A stretch of 55,078 nt of DNA, filler included, from Dirinaria sp. TL-2023a (lineage: Eukaryota), in the NCBI GenBank assembly GCA_051941275.1. It is 5 parts of 5 records of this genome, joined end to end, with 100 filler letters (N's around TTAATTAATTAA, not from the genome) between each part and the next. Parts side by side here need not be neighbours in the genome. Positions count along the whole stretch, not along the records: positions 33,125 to 44,052 come from JAVEBF010000893.1; positions 44,153 to 55,078 come from JAVEBF010000894.1; 3 more parts are not named here. One strand, given 5' to 3'. The notes under the pieces are model-generated. The model was not told the DNA's origin. It saw nothing but the letters and a program-made list of their open reading frames with translations, and did not search any database. The translations under genes were made by a program, and so were the position numbers. Within the stretch, counting starts at the first letter, position 1. Each line of letters starts with the position of its first letter. Below, one piece after another: positions 35,039 to 47,144 of this stretch.

Positions 35039-35762
35039 ATGGCGAACATGTTTCGCCTCATTGTGCTCACGCTTCTTTGGTGTGCCAGCACCACTCATGC
35101 TCAAGGTTTCAACGACTCAGCCTGCCCGGCCGCCTTCGAAGTCGAGACAACCAACAATATCCTCGGCTCTCTATCAACCTGCATCGATAACGATCCCAAC
35201 TTCGTCTACACACCCGAAAACTGCACGTCCACGTCCCAGAAATTCATCGATTCCGGCTGGCTCTCCTTAAACTGCCGTGCGGCATTCGACGGGCTCTGTG
35301 GCCAGACATCCGCAAACTCCGCTGTCGAGGGGCAATGGACATGGTCCTGGATGCAAGACCAGGGCTCAGCGTGTCAGGCGGGCCTCTACCAGGCTGCCGA
35401 CCAGTCCGAGTCAATTTCCGAAGACTGCTGTCGACGGAACTTCGAAATCATGCTCAAGGCTGTCACGCCCGCTAATATTCAGGCTGGCGTCGTACCGGAT
35501 GATGCATTCAATAGAGTCAGTGTTAATATTCAGCCTGGAGGGTTTCCGCACACAACTGTGCTCTTTGATGGGCATTTGCAGGGCGCGACCAATGGTGTTT
35601 CTGTGGATGGCAGATCGCCATCGTATATTCTTCAGGGGTGAGTGGAGATAATATGTTTAGCGCTGCTTTGGTCAGGGACTTTGCTGATGGCTGGTTAGTA
35701 TTGCTCCGCAGTATCCGTATGCTTCGAGAAATTGCTCTGCAGAGGATGTGCGGGGACACTGA
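35039..35762 (+). CDS. Small secreted cysteine-rich protein (200 aa unspliced, or ~220 aa with intron 35638-35698)
   Basis: Signal peptide MANMFRLIVLTLLWCASTTHA, 8 Cys in the mature exon-1 part, C-terminal NRVSVNI...VDGRSPSYIL. TATAAAT at 34933-34939. GTGAGT donor, GCTGAT branch and TAG acceptor overlap the unspliced stop. Confidence 0.8.
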
Positions 35763-37367
35763 AGCCTAGGACCAAAGCTGTTTTGACGGAGGGAGAGAAT
35801 AGGTTGCTGGCATCTACTTATGCGTTCAAATATTCTTGATGCGATGGCTCCAAGCCCAATTGTCTCCTGACTTGTCTAAGCCATGTAGCACCAAATGTGA
35901 AGTTGAAAAAAAAAAAAAGGGTTCTTGCAATCATTTCATGTAAGAAATCGAACACAGGCACGATAGCGTCTGAGAATAAACTTACATTGAAATTATCGAA
36001 GAGGCGCTGTGAGTGCTTATCATTGTTAGTATTTCAGGGGATTCACTGCCTTTAGCATCACGCTGAGTGTATTTCTTGAAGGTCATATCAGAAGATGGTG
36101 GTTAGCAAAGAGAACATCAGTGACGGCTCTACTCCCTTTTGCACTTCAAACGTTACGGCTCGCTTCGCGTCCCCCGTTGCTACACCTACTTTAGCTTGAG
36201 TGCTTACTGACCTAGACTCCTATCATGTGGCTTCCAGAGCCTTGAGCCAGTCTCCAATAGCATTTTCGCTAGCAGGAAGTTTATCGTTGCTCTGCCTTTA
36301 GCCCCTGTGTGAGCTCCGGGCTTTTGACCATACCTTACCGATGTAGTTATTCCTTTCTTTAGCATGATGCGAATCTCAAAAGGAGGTAAGATAGTGTAGC
36401 CAAAGTTGAGCCGAAGTCTTTGTAGATTTGAGGTCAAGTGCTGCTCCAAAGCTTGAGATACCTTATGTAGCCGAGCCAGACCTTTTCGAAGGTTAAGGTA
36501 CCTTAAGCTTCTTTTATCAACCCCAAAAGTATATACTGTATATGAGAGATTCCGTCCAGATTGACTACAAATCACCGAGTCATGGTTGATAGACCCTTAT
36601 CCATTTTATCCTATATCGGACCATGATGCATGGACATTGTTTCGCCAGCTAAATAGGTACTGGATACATGTACGTTACTGATTTTTCTTAGATGAATCCT
36701 GCCGAGGCATAGATAAGAAAACGGCTCCCTCGGCTGGACGGCACTCGGCCCGCTAAATCTCCGTCCCGCTTGGACCCTCGGGAGAACTCCTTTCTCGCAA
36801 CGTGCATCTTACCATTGTTCCCTCACTACATCACGCTCTGAAAATCAAATTGATTCGCTAACGATGCCTGTACAATTGCCGAGTCGTGTATTCGAAAGTC
36901 TGGGTGGAGCAACCAGAAGACAGCCCAGGAGAAAACTTGCCAAGCTAGAGCGAGAGTTTTGTCAACAGGATTTCGAGCGGATTTCGAAATCGAAATTCTG
37001 GCATGAGCGAGCGCCTGTCTGCTTTCACCTCTCAATACTGCTCGCCCTGGCTTTGGTGGCTTTGGTAGAAAAGCTGTTCGATCTCCATTGGAAGCACCGC
37101 GAATATTACGGCTATTATGGCCGAGCTCAATGGGCGGCTTACGAATTTGCCCATCTAAAATTCCACCATGGATCTCCAGCGAGCTACACGATCTAGCTTG
37201 ACTAGGCAAAACGTCTTGGTGCTCTTCAAGAACACATTGCTAATGCTAGCCTTTTTGCTTGGACCCAAATCGTAAGGGTTCGTTCTCGGCTCACCGACAT
37301 ACTCAACTTCTTTGACAGTTTGTCGAAACCTCAAGCAACCCATCGAAGATATCACGTTGCTATGCTT

Positions 37368-38682
37368 TCATTTTTTTGTCTGGTGCCCAAAGATGGTAAA
37401 GGGTAGCATGAAGTCCATATCACTCCTTGACGACCGAATTTGTGGATAAGTCCACACCGGCGTTGACCATGCCAGGAACAAGATCACCCATATGTATCCA
37501 AAACCTCTATGCAGAAAATGCGCCGTGGAAGGTCTCCGCTTCTCGCTCAGCGAATAATATAAGGCCTGAAACGTATCCTCAAGCACAACACCGAAGGTTT
37601 GGGTTAAGAAAAATCGCATGGCGCCAGATTCATGCATGGCTATTGTCAGGCCATGATCCGAACATACGTGGATAAACCCAGACAGAAAGAACGCGAAGTA
37701 GATATTCGAGTAACGCGCTATGACTGTTCCTTTTGGTATTCCTAATACCGAGTTGACAAGAAGGTGAGATATGCCTTCGAAAGTGGCACGGAAGTTCTGA
37801 TGCCAAAAGGCTCTGTGATGAACATTAGCTCGTATTTTCACGGATGTAACATAAAGCTTACCCCCAGAACTGTCGGATCGAATACGCCTCGGTCAGCCAT
37901 CCAAAGCTCGAAGGCCATGCAGCGGGCTTGCTAATGCCTGAAGCGACAGCTACGAAAGCAGACGTATGGTACGCAAGATTGAGAACCACAGCACCGCCGA
38001 TCCAGTAGCCTATGGTGCATGCTATGCGAAAGACGGACTCCTCAGCACTTATCTCGCCGAGTCTTCCAAGGAATGGCTCTTTGCTGGCAGCAACAAGCCT
38101 TGCTTCTGGCGGCGGCTGCGCAGTGGCAAAGTCTTGAATGACATAGCAGAATAGGATCACCACAACTTCTCGAAATAGAAAGCATGTGCGACTTGGAACC
38201 CATGACGGATGTGTTGAAGAGAAATGAGGAATATTCTTGACCTGCCACGGCTTGCCGACGCCGCGTAGGGACAGCACCATGTCAAGAACAAACCAGAATC
38301 TTGACTCGGCCTGTCTCTGAAGGGATTGTGAAGGCGAGTTCTTGGTCATGGCACTGACATTGACCTCATTCCTTTCCCGGTATTCTTCTGGGCCACTAGC
38401 CTCATAGCTCCATCTACTTATGAGAAGTCTCTCGACGGCATTCAAAACGAGAGACACGACGAGCCCTGATAGAAAGGCCTTCCACAGCCTATTATCCATA
38501 CGCTTGTGCACTATGGAATGGAAATAGTATGCTATGGCAGCCATCACGGCAATAGCGACATAACGAACAGAAGAAGTAGGCTTGGTGAACGCTGCAGCGC
38601 CAAAGATGCCAATTTGAATAGCGAGCAGACCCCATGGCTGGGTCATTGCACCATGAAGCGCAAAAAATGGCAGGGCAGGCAT
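37368..38682 (-). CDS. Membrane-bound O-acyltransferase, Tri7/wax-synthase-like (MBOAT_2), ~421 aa
   Basis: Exons 38682-37862 and 37812-37368. RGVGKPWQVKNIPHF, WPSSFG..EAYSIRQFWGAFWHQ, FFLSGFIH (catalytic His) and FFLTQTFGVVLED. Confidence 0.9.
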
Positions 38683-39563
38683 TGTGACAGTAGAAAAAAA
38701 ATGATGAGTGAATTTCACAATTAAGTCATATATGCAAATGACTTGCCGAGCCCAGCCCATACGCACGTGGAGAACCCATGTGATCAGCTGTCCTCTTGTC
38801 GAATTAGCCTTCGACAAGGTAGCGTTGCAAGCATTGAGATATGGATTTGTCTAGCCCCCGAAAGCTTGAGAGCGGCACCTAAAGCGTTGCGGAATTGTGC
38901 CTAACTTAAGTAGGTTTACTGAATATTTCTTACCTTCCATGTAAGGTAGCTTCTCCCCGAGTGCGAATGAAAGCCTCCGAATGAGTGTACATGTGAACCT
39001 TAAAAGTTTTGAGCTAGATAATCTCTGCAATCTTATCACAATCATATTTCCTGTAAAATTTCTGTGGTTCCATCTTCATCACTTCACGATATGAATTACC
39101 TTAAAAGGTGGATGTCATGAAGGCATGACTATGGCGGGCCCAATTCTAACTCAGGCTCTTCGGTGAAGGAAGTGTTCTTCGCTGTTTCACAACTTTGCAA
39201 ATAAAGTCTGCGCCTTGATTCCAGTGATCGGAAGGCGTAACAGACTGTCCTGTTCTTGGAATTTCTAGCTTTTTTTTTTTGGTTATTATATTAGTGGACA
39301 TCAACAACTCAGACAACTAATGCGGCCGGCACTTGATCAAAGAGTCATGAAGATCGTCCATTCTTTCGGCCGATCGATCCCGTCGCTTCTTCAATAACGC
39401 GTATATCAATCTTCTTGCCCTGTTGGTTCAAGGAATGTCTTCAGTATACAGCAGAATCAATCATCACCTGTCCACTGCAATTAAAATGTACGATTTCGTC
39501 GAACGACTTCGCAATTGACGGGATTTAATCAGATCTTGGGGCTAAAGAGTCCGCGGGTACTCT

Positions 39564-40322
39564 ATGGAGGTCACAATCCCGTTCATTGTGATATCACGGT
39601 CCAGGCAGGAAGTTTTCTCGATCGTGCGACCCTTGGTCATGGTTGTTGTGAAGCCGTCAGTCGACTCGTCATTTGCCATATACTATATCACCAGATCATC
39701 GTATTGTCATTGCTCAAGTCTCACATTTCAAACTCTAAAACTAAACGCTGAAACACGTACGATATCTTTTGACTTCCCCAACGAGACAGCCCTACCCCTT
39801 GTTGAAAGTTCTCACTCAAAAACTGTCACAAAGTCTGTTAAGCTCATTGGACATTTTGATAAGATTCCTCAATAAGTCTCAATGAAGTGAGACCTAACAC
39901 CATCAGCTCATAAATTAAGGTACTTTGGGATGGCAGTACACCAACCAGACGGAGTCACAGCATATGCTATGCTTGGTAATAAATATGAAAAAGGAATCAC
40001 AGTCCCCAGAATCAGCATGTCAGAGCTCAATATCGGCGAAAAGAAGAAGATTTCTCTAGATATTCAAAGCGAACAACTGAAGGTGCGAGACGTTGAATAG
40101 CGGCAGACTGATGGCCCATTTCTACCTACTCACATGAAAGATTTGGCACTTCAACAACCTTTGCGCAACCAATATGCAGGCTATAAAATGGCAATAACAG
40201 ACCGAGTGCTGTTTGAATTCGACAACCAATCCACACCGTTGGAAGAAGCTTGTACAACACAAATACAGGGGTGTCCATCATGTCGAGTCGCTTGTGTAAT
40301 TTCTACTGGACTTATGCCTTAG
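39564..40322 (+). pseudogene. Multi-exon gene relic of unknown family with a mutated splice donor
   Basis: Open segments 39564-39871 and 39920-40082 join in frame (…HFDKIPQ-YFGMAVH…) if 39872-39919 is an intron. That interval has a CCTAAC branch and AAG acceptor but begins ATAAGT instead of GTAAGT. Confidence 0.4.
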
Positions 40323-41699
40323 CTAGGTCTTTATGTCTCCACGATACTTCGGCAAAATAATTTTTTTTTTTCCGTTTTCGCCTCATTCCTCTGCTAATTG
40401 CAGCTATCACTGGTCTAATGCTCAGCCTTCTTTGTGGAATGTAAGTCTCCTTTTTACTAAATTAGTAGAAACCAATATGCCGATCTTTAGAAATACATTC
40501 ATCAGTAATGAAAGTCATTTTATTTCCAGCTACTGAATGACTAATGCATTTGTCTACAGACCTAGCACTTATCTCTGCCGGTTCCGGTGCCACTGCACTC
40601 GCATTCGCTAGCCCTGACACCCGAATCCCCAATGAGATTAATCTTGAGCGTATCGACTCTGGTCGCGTGGATCCCGCCATCGTCCGATTGTACCCACCGC
40701 TGCTACGTTCGGTGGGACAATACGTCCGCACGTAAGTTCCTCTGACATCGCTCGATCTCTTTATCATCGTACACTTACGCATAACATTTTAGGACACTGT
40801 CCAAGTCGGTTGCCTCGTCGCGGAGAACAGTTTTCGCTCCCTTTAATCGATCTGATATCATATTCCTACCGGTTGCCGAAGAAGGCAAAGAGAACACTCC
40901 TGATGCTGGGATTAGATGAGCTCGCCGTGGAATTAGAGAACCCTCTTCGACTTCTTTCTGAGATACATACACCTCAGCACGTCCTCCCCGCAGCGGCCAC
41001 GCCCGCCGACCTGGCTCTGGTTCCTCAAGCTGATACTCCGATTGGAGCTGAGATTCATGGAGCTCAAAACTAGAGGTCACCCGTGTGAACTCGATCAGCT
41101 ATCAAGTATATTATATATAACATGACAAGATTTTCTCGAGTCATGACATCTCGACACACAGTTTCACTTTGCACTTTTCTCAGTCTACTCTTTGGTCTCA
41201 TGGATAAATGTGCATAAATTAATTCACGTTAAATAGGTCATGCTCCTATTTTCCTCTCCTTTCTTTCTCTTTTTTTGTCAAAGAATCGAAATTCTTCCAC
41301 ATGAATTCTTCAACAAGAATATGTAACTCCTAGGATGAATCTATTCGGCGCATTCCTCAACTTGAATCCATCCAAAACTATGCCGGTAACGCCCCACTGA
41401 TATAGTCGATGGTTTCCGATTTTTCACCAACAGAGAATTTGGCTATCAATCAAGTTACTCTGGGAGAAAAGCAGTCCCAATCATCAAGGAAGCAATAAGA
41501 TTCTGGATTCAACCACTTCCGAAGGTGAATATCTAGGATATCACGACATTTTACCCCGAACATATATGTTCAGGGGGCACCAGCGGGTCAGTTTCTGGAT
41601 GGATTTGCCGTGACATGTCAGCTTGTTATTGAAGCGCTAGATGCTCATCAAGGGTCATTATTCTCTACAGAAAACTGTTGGTAGATCACTTATGGTGTA

Positions 41700-43600
41700 C
41701 TGTTCAGGTTATACAAGAGGCGGAAGGAGAACCAGGGAGTGAATGCTCTTTAACGAGTCTACCTTTGAGGGAAGTAAAGAAAATAGGAGCACGATCAGAA
41801 GCAAATAACGGCGAAGAGATTGATCCTTGATTGAGGAATTTTCAATATCTGCTAAAAGTCCTCGATACGGAGGATTCCATTGGTGACTTGCAGTCTGAAG
41901 GCAAAAGGGAAGTTAAAGACTTGTGCAAGGTGTCTTGGGAGTAATAATCATGACTACAGATTTTCTCTCCTTTACAATTCCATCAAGTTACAAGCCCGTG
42001 TCGCATTATGGCTCCGAAATTAAAGAACCGGAGATACAAAACGCTGCCCAACTGGCCGTGCATTCCGCAACGTCTTCACTGCTCACGGTAACAATGATTC
42101 ATCGCAGCCTTTTCAAAGTTCTAAAATGGCTGAAATTCATATAAAGATCTGGGAGACAAAATGTAATGGTGCACAATGAAAAAAGGCTAGGGATTCAAGA
42201 ATTACACCAACATGAGCACGAACAAGGGTCGCAATTGAGGAGGCTAAAAAAATGAGCAACGGATGAGAGTTTCGGCATGAGAATCCTCAAACCTATTTGA
42301 GAAGCCCGCGCTCGTCAGAAACGTTAATTTCCTCTTCCGATAGGCAAGCCGTCACTCAACATCAATTTCAACCGTCTATGAAATCTGTTCAGGAGTCTAA
42401 TACAGCAGATACACACGCGCAAGAAAATACCCTTAGAAAGACTAAAAATGAGGAGGTATAGCCTACGCGACCCTTAAAGAACGCACTGAAAAATACTTGA
42501 AATTTTTCCAAGAAGCAGGCTGACGAAGAGAAGACAAAAGGAGGATTCAGTGAAATCAGATCCAGGAGAGAGAATAACGGCAGCGAGACGTGACGATAAT
42601 GTCAATCGAGTACGATCTCGTCGAAAACCGAGCAAGATCTGTTGAGAAGGAGCTTTGTTTCCGTCAATGCGGTGATCAAAACCATCTCTTACTCATTCTG
42701 CTTCTGCTGTCCTCTTCCTAGGGTTCATTGGTCGTGCTACATTACCATCGACTGGTATAACCTCCAACACTAGACCGTGTACTTTCGATGGCCACCGTGG
42801 GCCATAATTTCTTCAGACCAATAATAGTCAAAGATATGCTCTCAGAAGAGTAGGAAAGAAATAAACTTACAAGTATCTAATCTAATTCAAATACTTACCT
42901 CGAAGCAAAGTATCCATAATGGAAGAAATTTGAATCAATCTCAGCGACTGGATCACTGGGACAGAGTCATGAATCTATGGAAAGAAATGATCAGGAGAGA
43001 TGTTAGATTCCTTGATCGCGAGATCAAAGCGAATCATTCCAATCGATATCCGCCTAAAAACCAAGACCTTCGCAATAAATTTCAGAACTGCATCTGCTAA
43101 TGGAAGCTGCTACTCGTTTGGATAGTTCCGTATGATGCCGCTATGGTACTAGAACTTACAGCGTTCTGATCGAATTCTCTTGATGCGACATGGATTCGAT
43201 TGCTAACGATCTGACTTTAAAACGAACTTATCAAAGAAATTTTCATTTCTTCCCCAAACCTCCTCGACTCTTCTGAGAAATAAATCATCGCTCACTCCCA
43301 AGATTCAAGTGTTGAGAGCCATAATACATATCATCGCAGATGAAGTTCGATGCTACGTTAACTAGCACGAGACTCGAACTGAGAAATCTATCTACGACAC
43401 AATACAGACGTTTAGAATCGACAATTTCGATAAAGATCAACTCAGTGAAAAAAGCTCTCTAGCACATATCGCGAGTGAAGGACATTGGTAAAGGAAATTC
43501 GCGCCAAATTGGCTGAAGAGGGATTGGAAGATCTGCTGTGAGCAAATGAGATAGATATTAGCGCAGCTTTATAGAACGCTATGAAGGAGGTAGAGTAGAA
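41700..43600 (+). pseudogene. Decayed coding-like tract, family unrecognised
   Basis: Long + frames (~42230-42780 and ~42918-43350, e.g. RLDHWDRVMNLWKEMIRRDVRFLDRE) interrupted only by isolated TAA/TAG/TGA codons. Confidence 0.3.
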
Positions 43601-44052
43601 GACGAGGACGTTCCCCCTTTTTTTGATGTGGGGAATTGCTACGCACCCTGGCCACTGGGCCGATTATTCCGTCTCTGCCCCGCTAGGGGGCCATTGTACT
43701 TAAATAGTCCCGTAGCGTAGTTTCCAGAAGGCAATTTTGACTTCGATTCAATTACTGCACCGTAGCATCGACTTTTCTCCGAGAAAGGGCCACACTATCC
43801 AGTAGACATATCATAAATCAAGTATCATATATTCCTTTCTCAAAGACGCGTTTCACCCCATTTTATTCCAATAGAAAATGTGTAGTTAATAATACCATGA
43901 AAACCAGAGGGACGAAATGAGATATATCTCTAAATAATAGAAAAGGTACAGCGGAAGCAGGCGTGGAAAGGACAGTTGGATCTTGCAAACAATTTACTTC
44001 AAGGATGAGTATCTGTTCTTTTCCGATCGGGGAAACCGCACCATCCCATACC

Positions 44053-44152
44053 NNNNNNNNNNNNNNNNNNNNNNNNNNNNNNNNNNNNNNNNNNNNTTAA
44101 TTAATTAANNNNNNNNNNNNNNNNNNNNNNNNNNNNNNNNNNNNNNNNNNNN
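44053..44152. other. Artificial contig spacer N44-TTAATTAATTAA-N44
   Basis: Identical 100-bp spacer. Confidence 0.98.
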
Positions 44153-44508
44153 GGAAATTTTGATAAAAAATTGTTTGGTTCAAGGGGGGAGAGGGAAGAG
44201 AAGAGAAAGAAAGAAAAGGGAAAGAGGATAGACCCTGGGAGGATGGTATTGATTGAGAGAAGCAGTTGAAGAGGTGAACTGTTTACCAAATGGCTATATT
44301 TACAATAAACTTTCATTTAGCATACTTGAGGGGGAGGAATTGTGGAATTAGATTGCCCAAAATAAATACTTGTTGAGGATTATAAACAGCCAGCCAGTAG
44401 AGCATGCGCTTTTCTGAAGCCCATTCCTTTGCTTCTCTTTCCCGGTCCCGGAGTTGAGGTTCCAGATCAACATTCGTCACCAGGATCTAGCTCGATCCGA
44501 CCTCTTAT

Positions 44509-45570
44509 CTACATGTGAAAACCCGTGAAACAAGACAAAGTCCGATTTGCCCCCCTACGATATGGCTTCGGCATATCCGAAGGCCGCATTTCGAGCGCCA
44601 ACGCTCGCTGAGATTGGCGCATCGCTCCCCCTTCCCCGAAATCCATGTCCATGATCGAGCCATTGTAGATAGTATCGATAGTCTCCATTAATAGCGGGAG
44701 GCTAGATTCTGTAGCAGAGGCCGGCCACCCACATTCTGTGACAAGTGATTGTGGTAGGAAGCCTAAAGCTCTACGTCGGTATGAGACGGAGGGTCGCGAG
44801 CACTCACGGAGAAGCCATAGGTTGAACCGCGTGTTCTTGTCCATTTCCAGGCTTGGGCGTAGCAGGTTCTTGAAGCCACAAGATGCCAAGGAATTGAAAC
44901 GATCTTCTAAAAATTGCAGACCGTGGTTAGGTGAGAATGGAAAGAGCGCGTGATGCGCTGGGTAGCTGGCTCCCGTAAAGCAGTACCCACTTGAGGTCTC
45001 CAAGATATAAGTGCCCAGCTCGTTTGAAGATCGGTGAGGAAGGTTGGCAAAGGTCGTCTCCGTCCATAGAGAGCTCCCTCGGCGACTCTTGAGCTCGAAA
45101 GGATACGCTGTGAGTAGTGACTTGCGCACATCTACCTTCCGAGCGAGATCTTGAAGATAGAGGACAAATGTCCAAAATCGGTCCTCCGAACTGCTAGTTT
45201 CACGCATCCCGAAGTAGCTGCCAACACCACCAGTGGAAGCTTTGTAATCTCGTGCTTGCAACACAAGATTATCGAGAATCTGCAAGTACCACCGGTCATG
45301 CTGTCGTATGTGCTCGAAGTTGAACGGATTGCCTACGGTACATTAGTCAATACAAGAGAAGTCGGATAGGGAAGACCTACAGTCAGCTGGCTTTGGACTA
45401 GCATTCTTTTGCGTCTGCTGCTGCTGGAGAGCACCGGATTTGCAGCTCATATTTGCAGTGAAAGCAGGGTTGAGGCGTACAAACATTGGCACTGCCCTGC
45501 TAAGTGTAGGTCGTGTCAAGAGTGGGGTAAAGCCATGGCCAACCATGGTCTTTGAGAATCGGAACGACAT
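44509..45570 (-). CDS. Hypothetical protein, ~337 aa, with possible mitochondrial presequence
   Basis: Exons 45570-45381 and 45332-44509 join in frame through a 48-bp GTAGGT...CTAAT...TAG intron. The N-terminus is Arg/Ser/Thr-rich and lacks acidic residues. Confidence 0.65.
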
Positions 45571-46318
45571 ATTGTGAACTTGCCGATTTGTAGGCTGTAT
45601 ACCTTAAAATGCGAGTGATTGGAGGTAAGCGACTGAAAGCGGGTTTATCTTGAGGAGTTCTACCCTATTTCTTGTTTGAAGAGGGAACAAGTCGAAGTCG
45701 GACTCCTGGTCTAAATTGACAATGACTTGGTGTTTTGTTGTGTTATGCTCCATTTTGACACTTGTGAGTGAGAAGACAATGCCATTGTGACAGCATCAAC
45801 TCAGTCCGAGAGAAAGTCAGAAGCCTTATCACAAGACAGGTTTTGACACCTCTCGGAAGCAGTTTAGCACCGCTTTTCAGGCGGGTGTTACTGTAAAAGC
45901 CACGTTCCTTCCAAGAGAAGGATTGGCATAATGCAGTAAATATTGGTGGTTCAGCTTTCTCATCACTGATTACCACCATACATTTTGTAACAGTTGGACA
46001 GCGGTTGTGTAGTGGTAAACCGAATAACCCATATGCCTTTTCTGTAGCAGGCCCAAAAACGATGTTTTGCGTAGTGAAGTAATGGAGTGACGCAGAACTG
46101 CTCCCTGAGTAAAATGGATGAACATTGTGATAATGAAGATGGGATATAGTATAACGACTGACCCCGAGCCTTGGGGTGAGCAGAAATACTACACTGTTTT
46201 TTCCAAAGCGTTGGCAGAAATGTTCGTAGGAAGGAAAGCTGAATCACCTTAGGGACAGATTGCTCCTCGGACATTCTTGAGGGTCTCCACACAAGATCTG
46301 AAACATGTTGCACCTAGC

Positions 46319-46768
46319 TCATCCTCCTTTCCTATTCTCCGCATCCCGAACAACGCCCCAGTAAGCAGCACCAGTCAGGCCAGCAACAGCGATACTCAGG
46401 CCGCCAGCACCATAAAACGCCGGCTTGAAAAGGCCTCTCTCGAGCAGGCCCATGTTGGAGAAATACCTTGTGGTACCATATGCAATGGTACAGCCGCCGG
46501 TACCTAGGAGAGTGAAGACCAGCTCTTGCGTCTTGTCTTCTTTTTTGATATGCTTGGCATGCTCGCCGGCCTTTGAGATGGTGTCATGGGGCTGGGGTGT
46601 TTGAAGAGTTGGTATATCCAGCTTGCTGAAACGCTCAACTGCTATTCCAAGGGCTATGAAGCCGAGCCCCGTGCGAAGCCAGGCAAGTAAGGTCCGCTCG
46701 GATGCAAGATGATCACGAGCTACGGATCCGGTGTTCTTTAATATTGGGGTCTTAAGCCTTGAAAACAT
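46319..46768 (-). CDS. DUF202 (YidH-like) membrane protein, 149 aa
   Basis: NTGSVARDHLASERTLLAWLRTGLGFIALGIAVERF signature and three hydrophobic segments. Confidence 0.9.
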   Translation of the reverse strand: MFSRLKTPILKNTGSVARDHLASERTLLAWLRTGLGFIALGIAVERFSKLDIPTLQTPQPHDTISKAGEHAKHIKKEDKTQELVFTLLGTGGCTIAYGTTRYFSNMGLLERGLFKPAFYGAGGLSIAVAGLTGAAYWGVVRDAENRKGG

Positions 46769-47144
46769 TTCAATTAATAGACAAAGATTGAAGGTTATAG
46801 TAGTCCAAAAGCAACTCTGGGGCATCGTCAGGATATGTGCGGACCCTACAAAAACCCTAAAGAAAAGGCTTTTCACAAATAACCGAAGGATTTTCTTTTT
46901 GCAGAAAATAACTTGGAGGTGCTTGAATAATTAAGTACTCAGAGAAGTACTAACAGAGGACCTTTTGAAAGTACCAAAATTCACATATCGAGCAGATACA
47001 GAATTACTAGTAGTCTGTTGTCGAGTGCTTGAATCAATTAAGCCTCACAGTTAATTCTTGATTTGATCATATGTGATATCATTTGTTTAATCCCTGGTAG
47101 AAGGAAACTTCTCTTTGCTTGAAACCTTTCATTGCGCATACAAA

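Noticed and set aside
36826..37209. Overlapping 110-aa (+) and 127-aa (-) ORFs downstream of the MBOAT gene
   Set aside because: No recognisable family, and neither strand is distinguishable from chance.
31937..38682. Apparent secondary-metabolite cluster (toxin-biosynthesis hydrolase + Tri7-like acyltransferase)
   Set aside because: The two genes lie on different contigs separated by an artificial spacer, and no backbone enzyme is present.
42720..42800. VHWSCYITIDW...YF resembling the Ulp1-protease His/Asp segment
   Set aside because: No downstream QxNxxDCG motif was found; too short to support.
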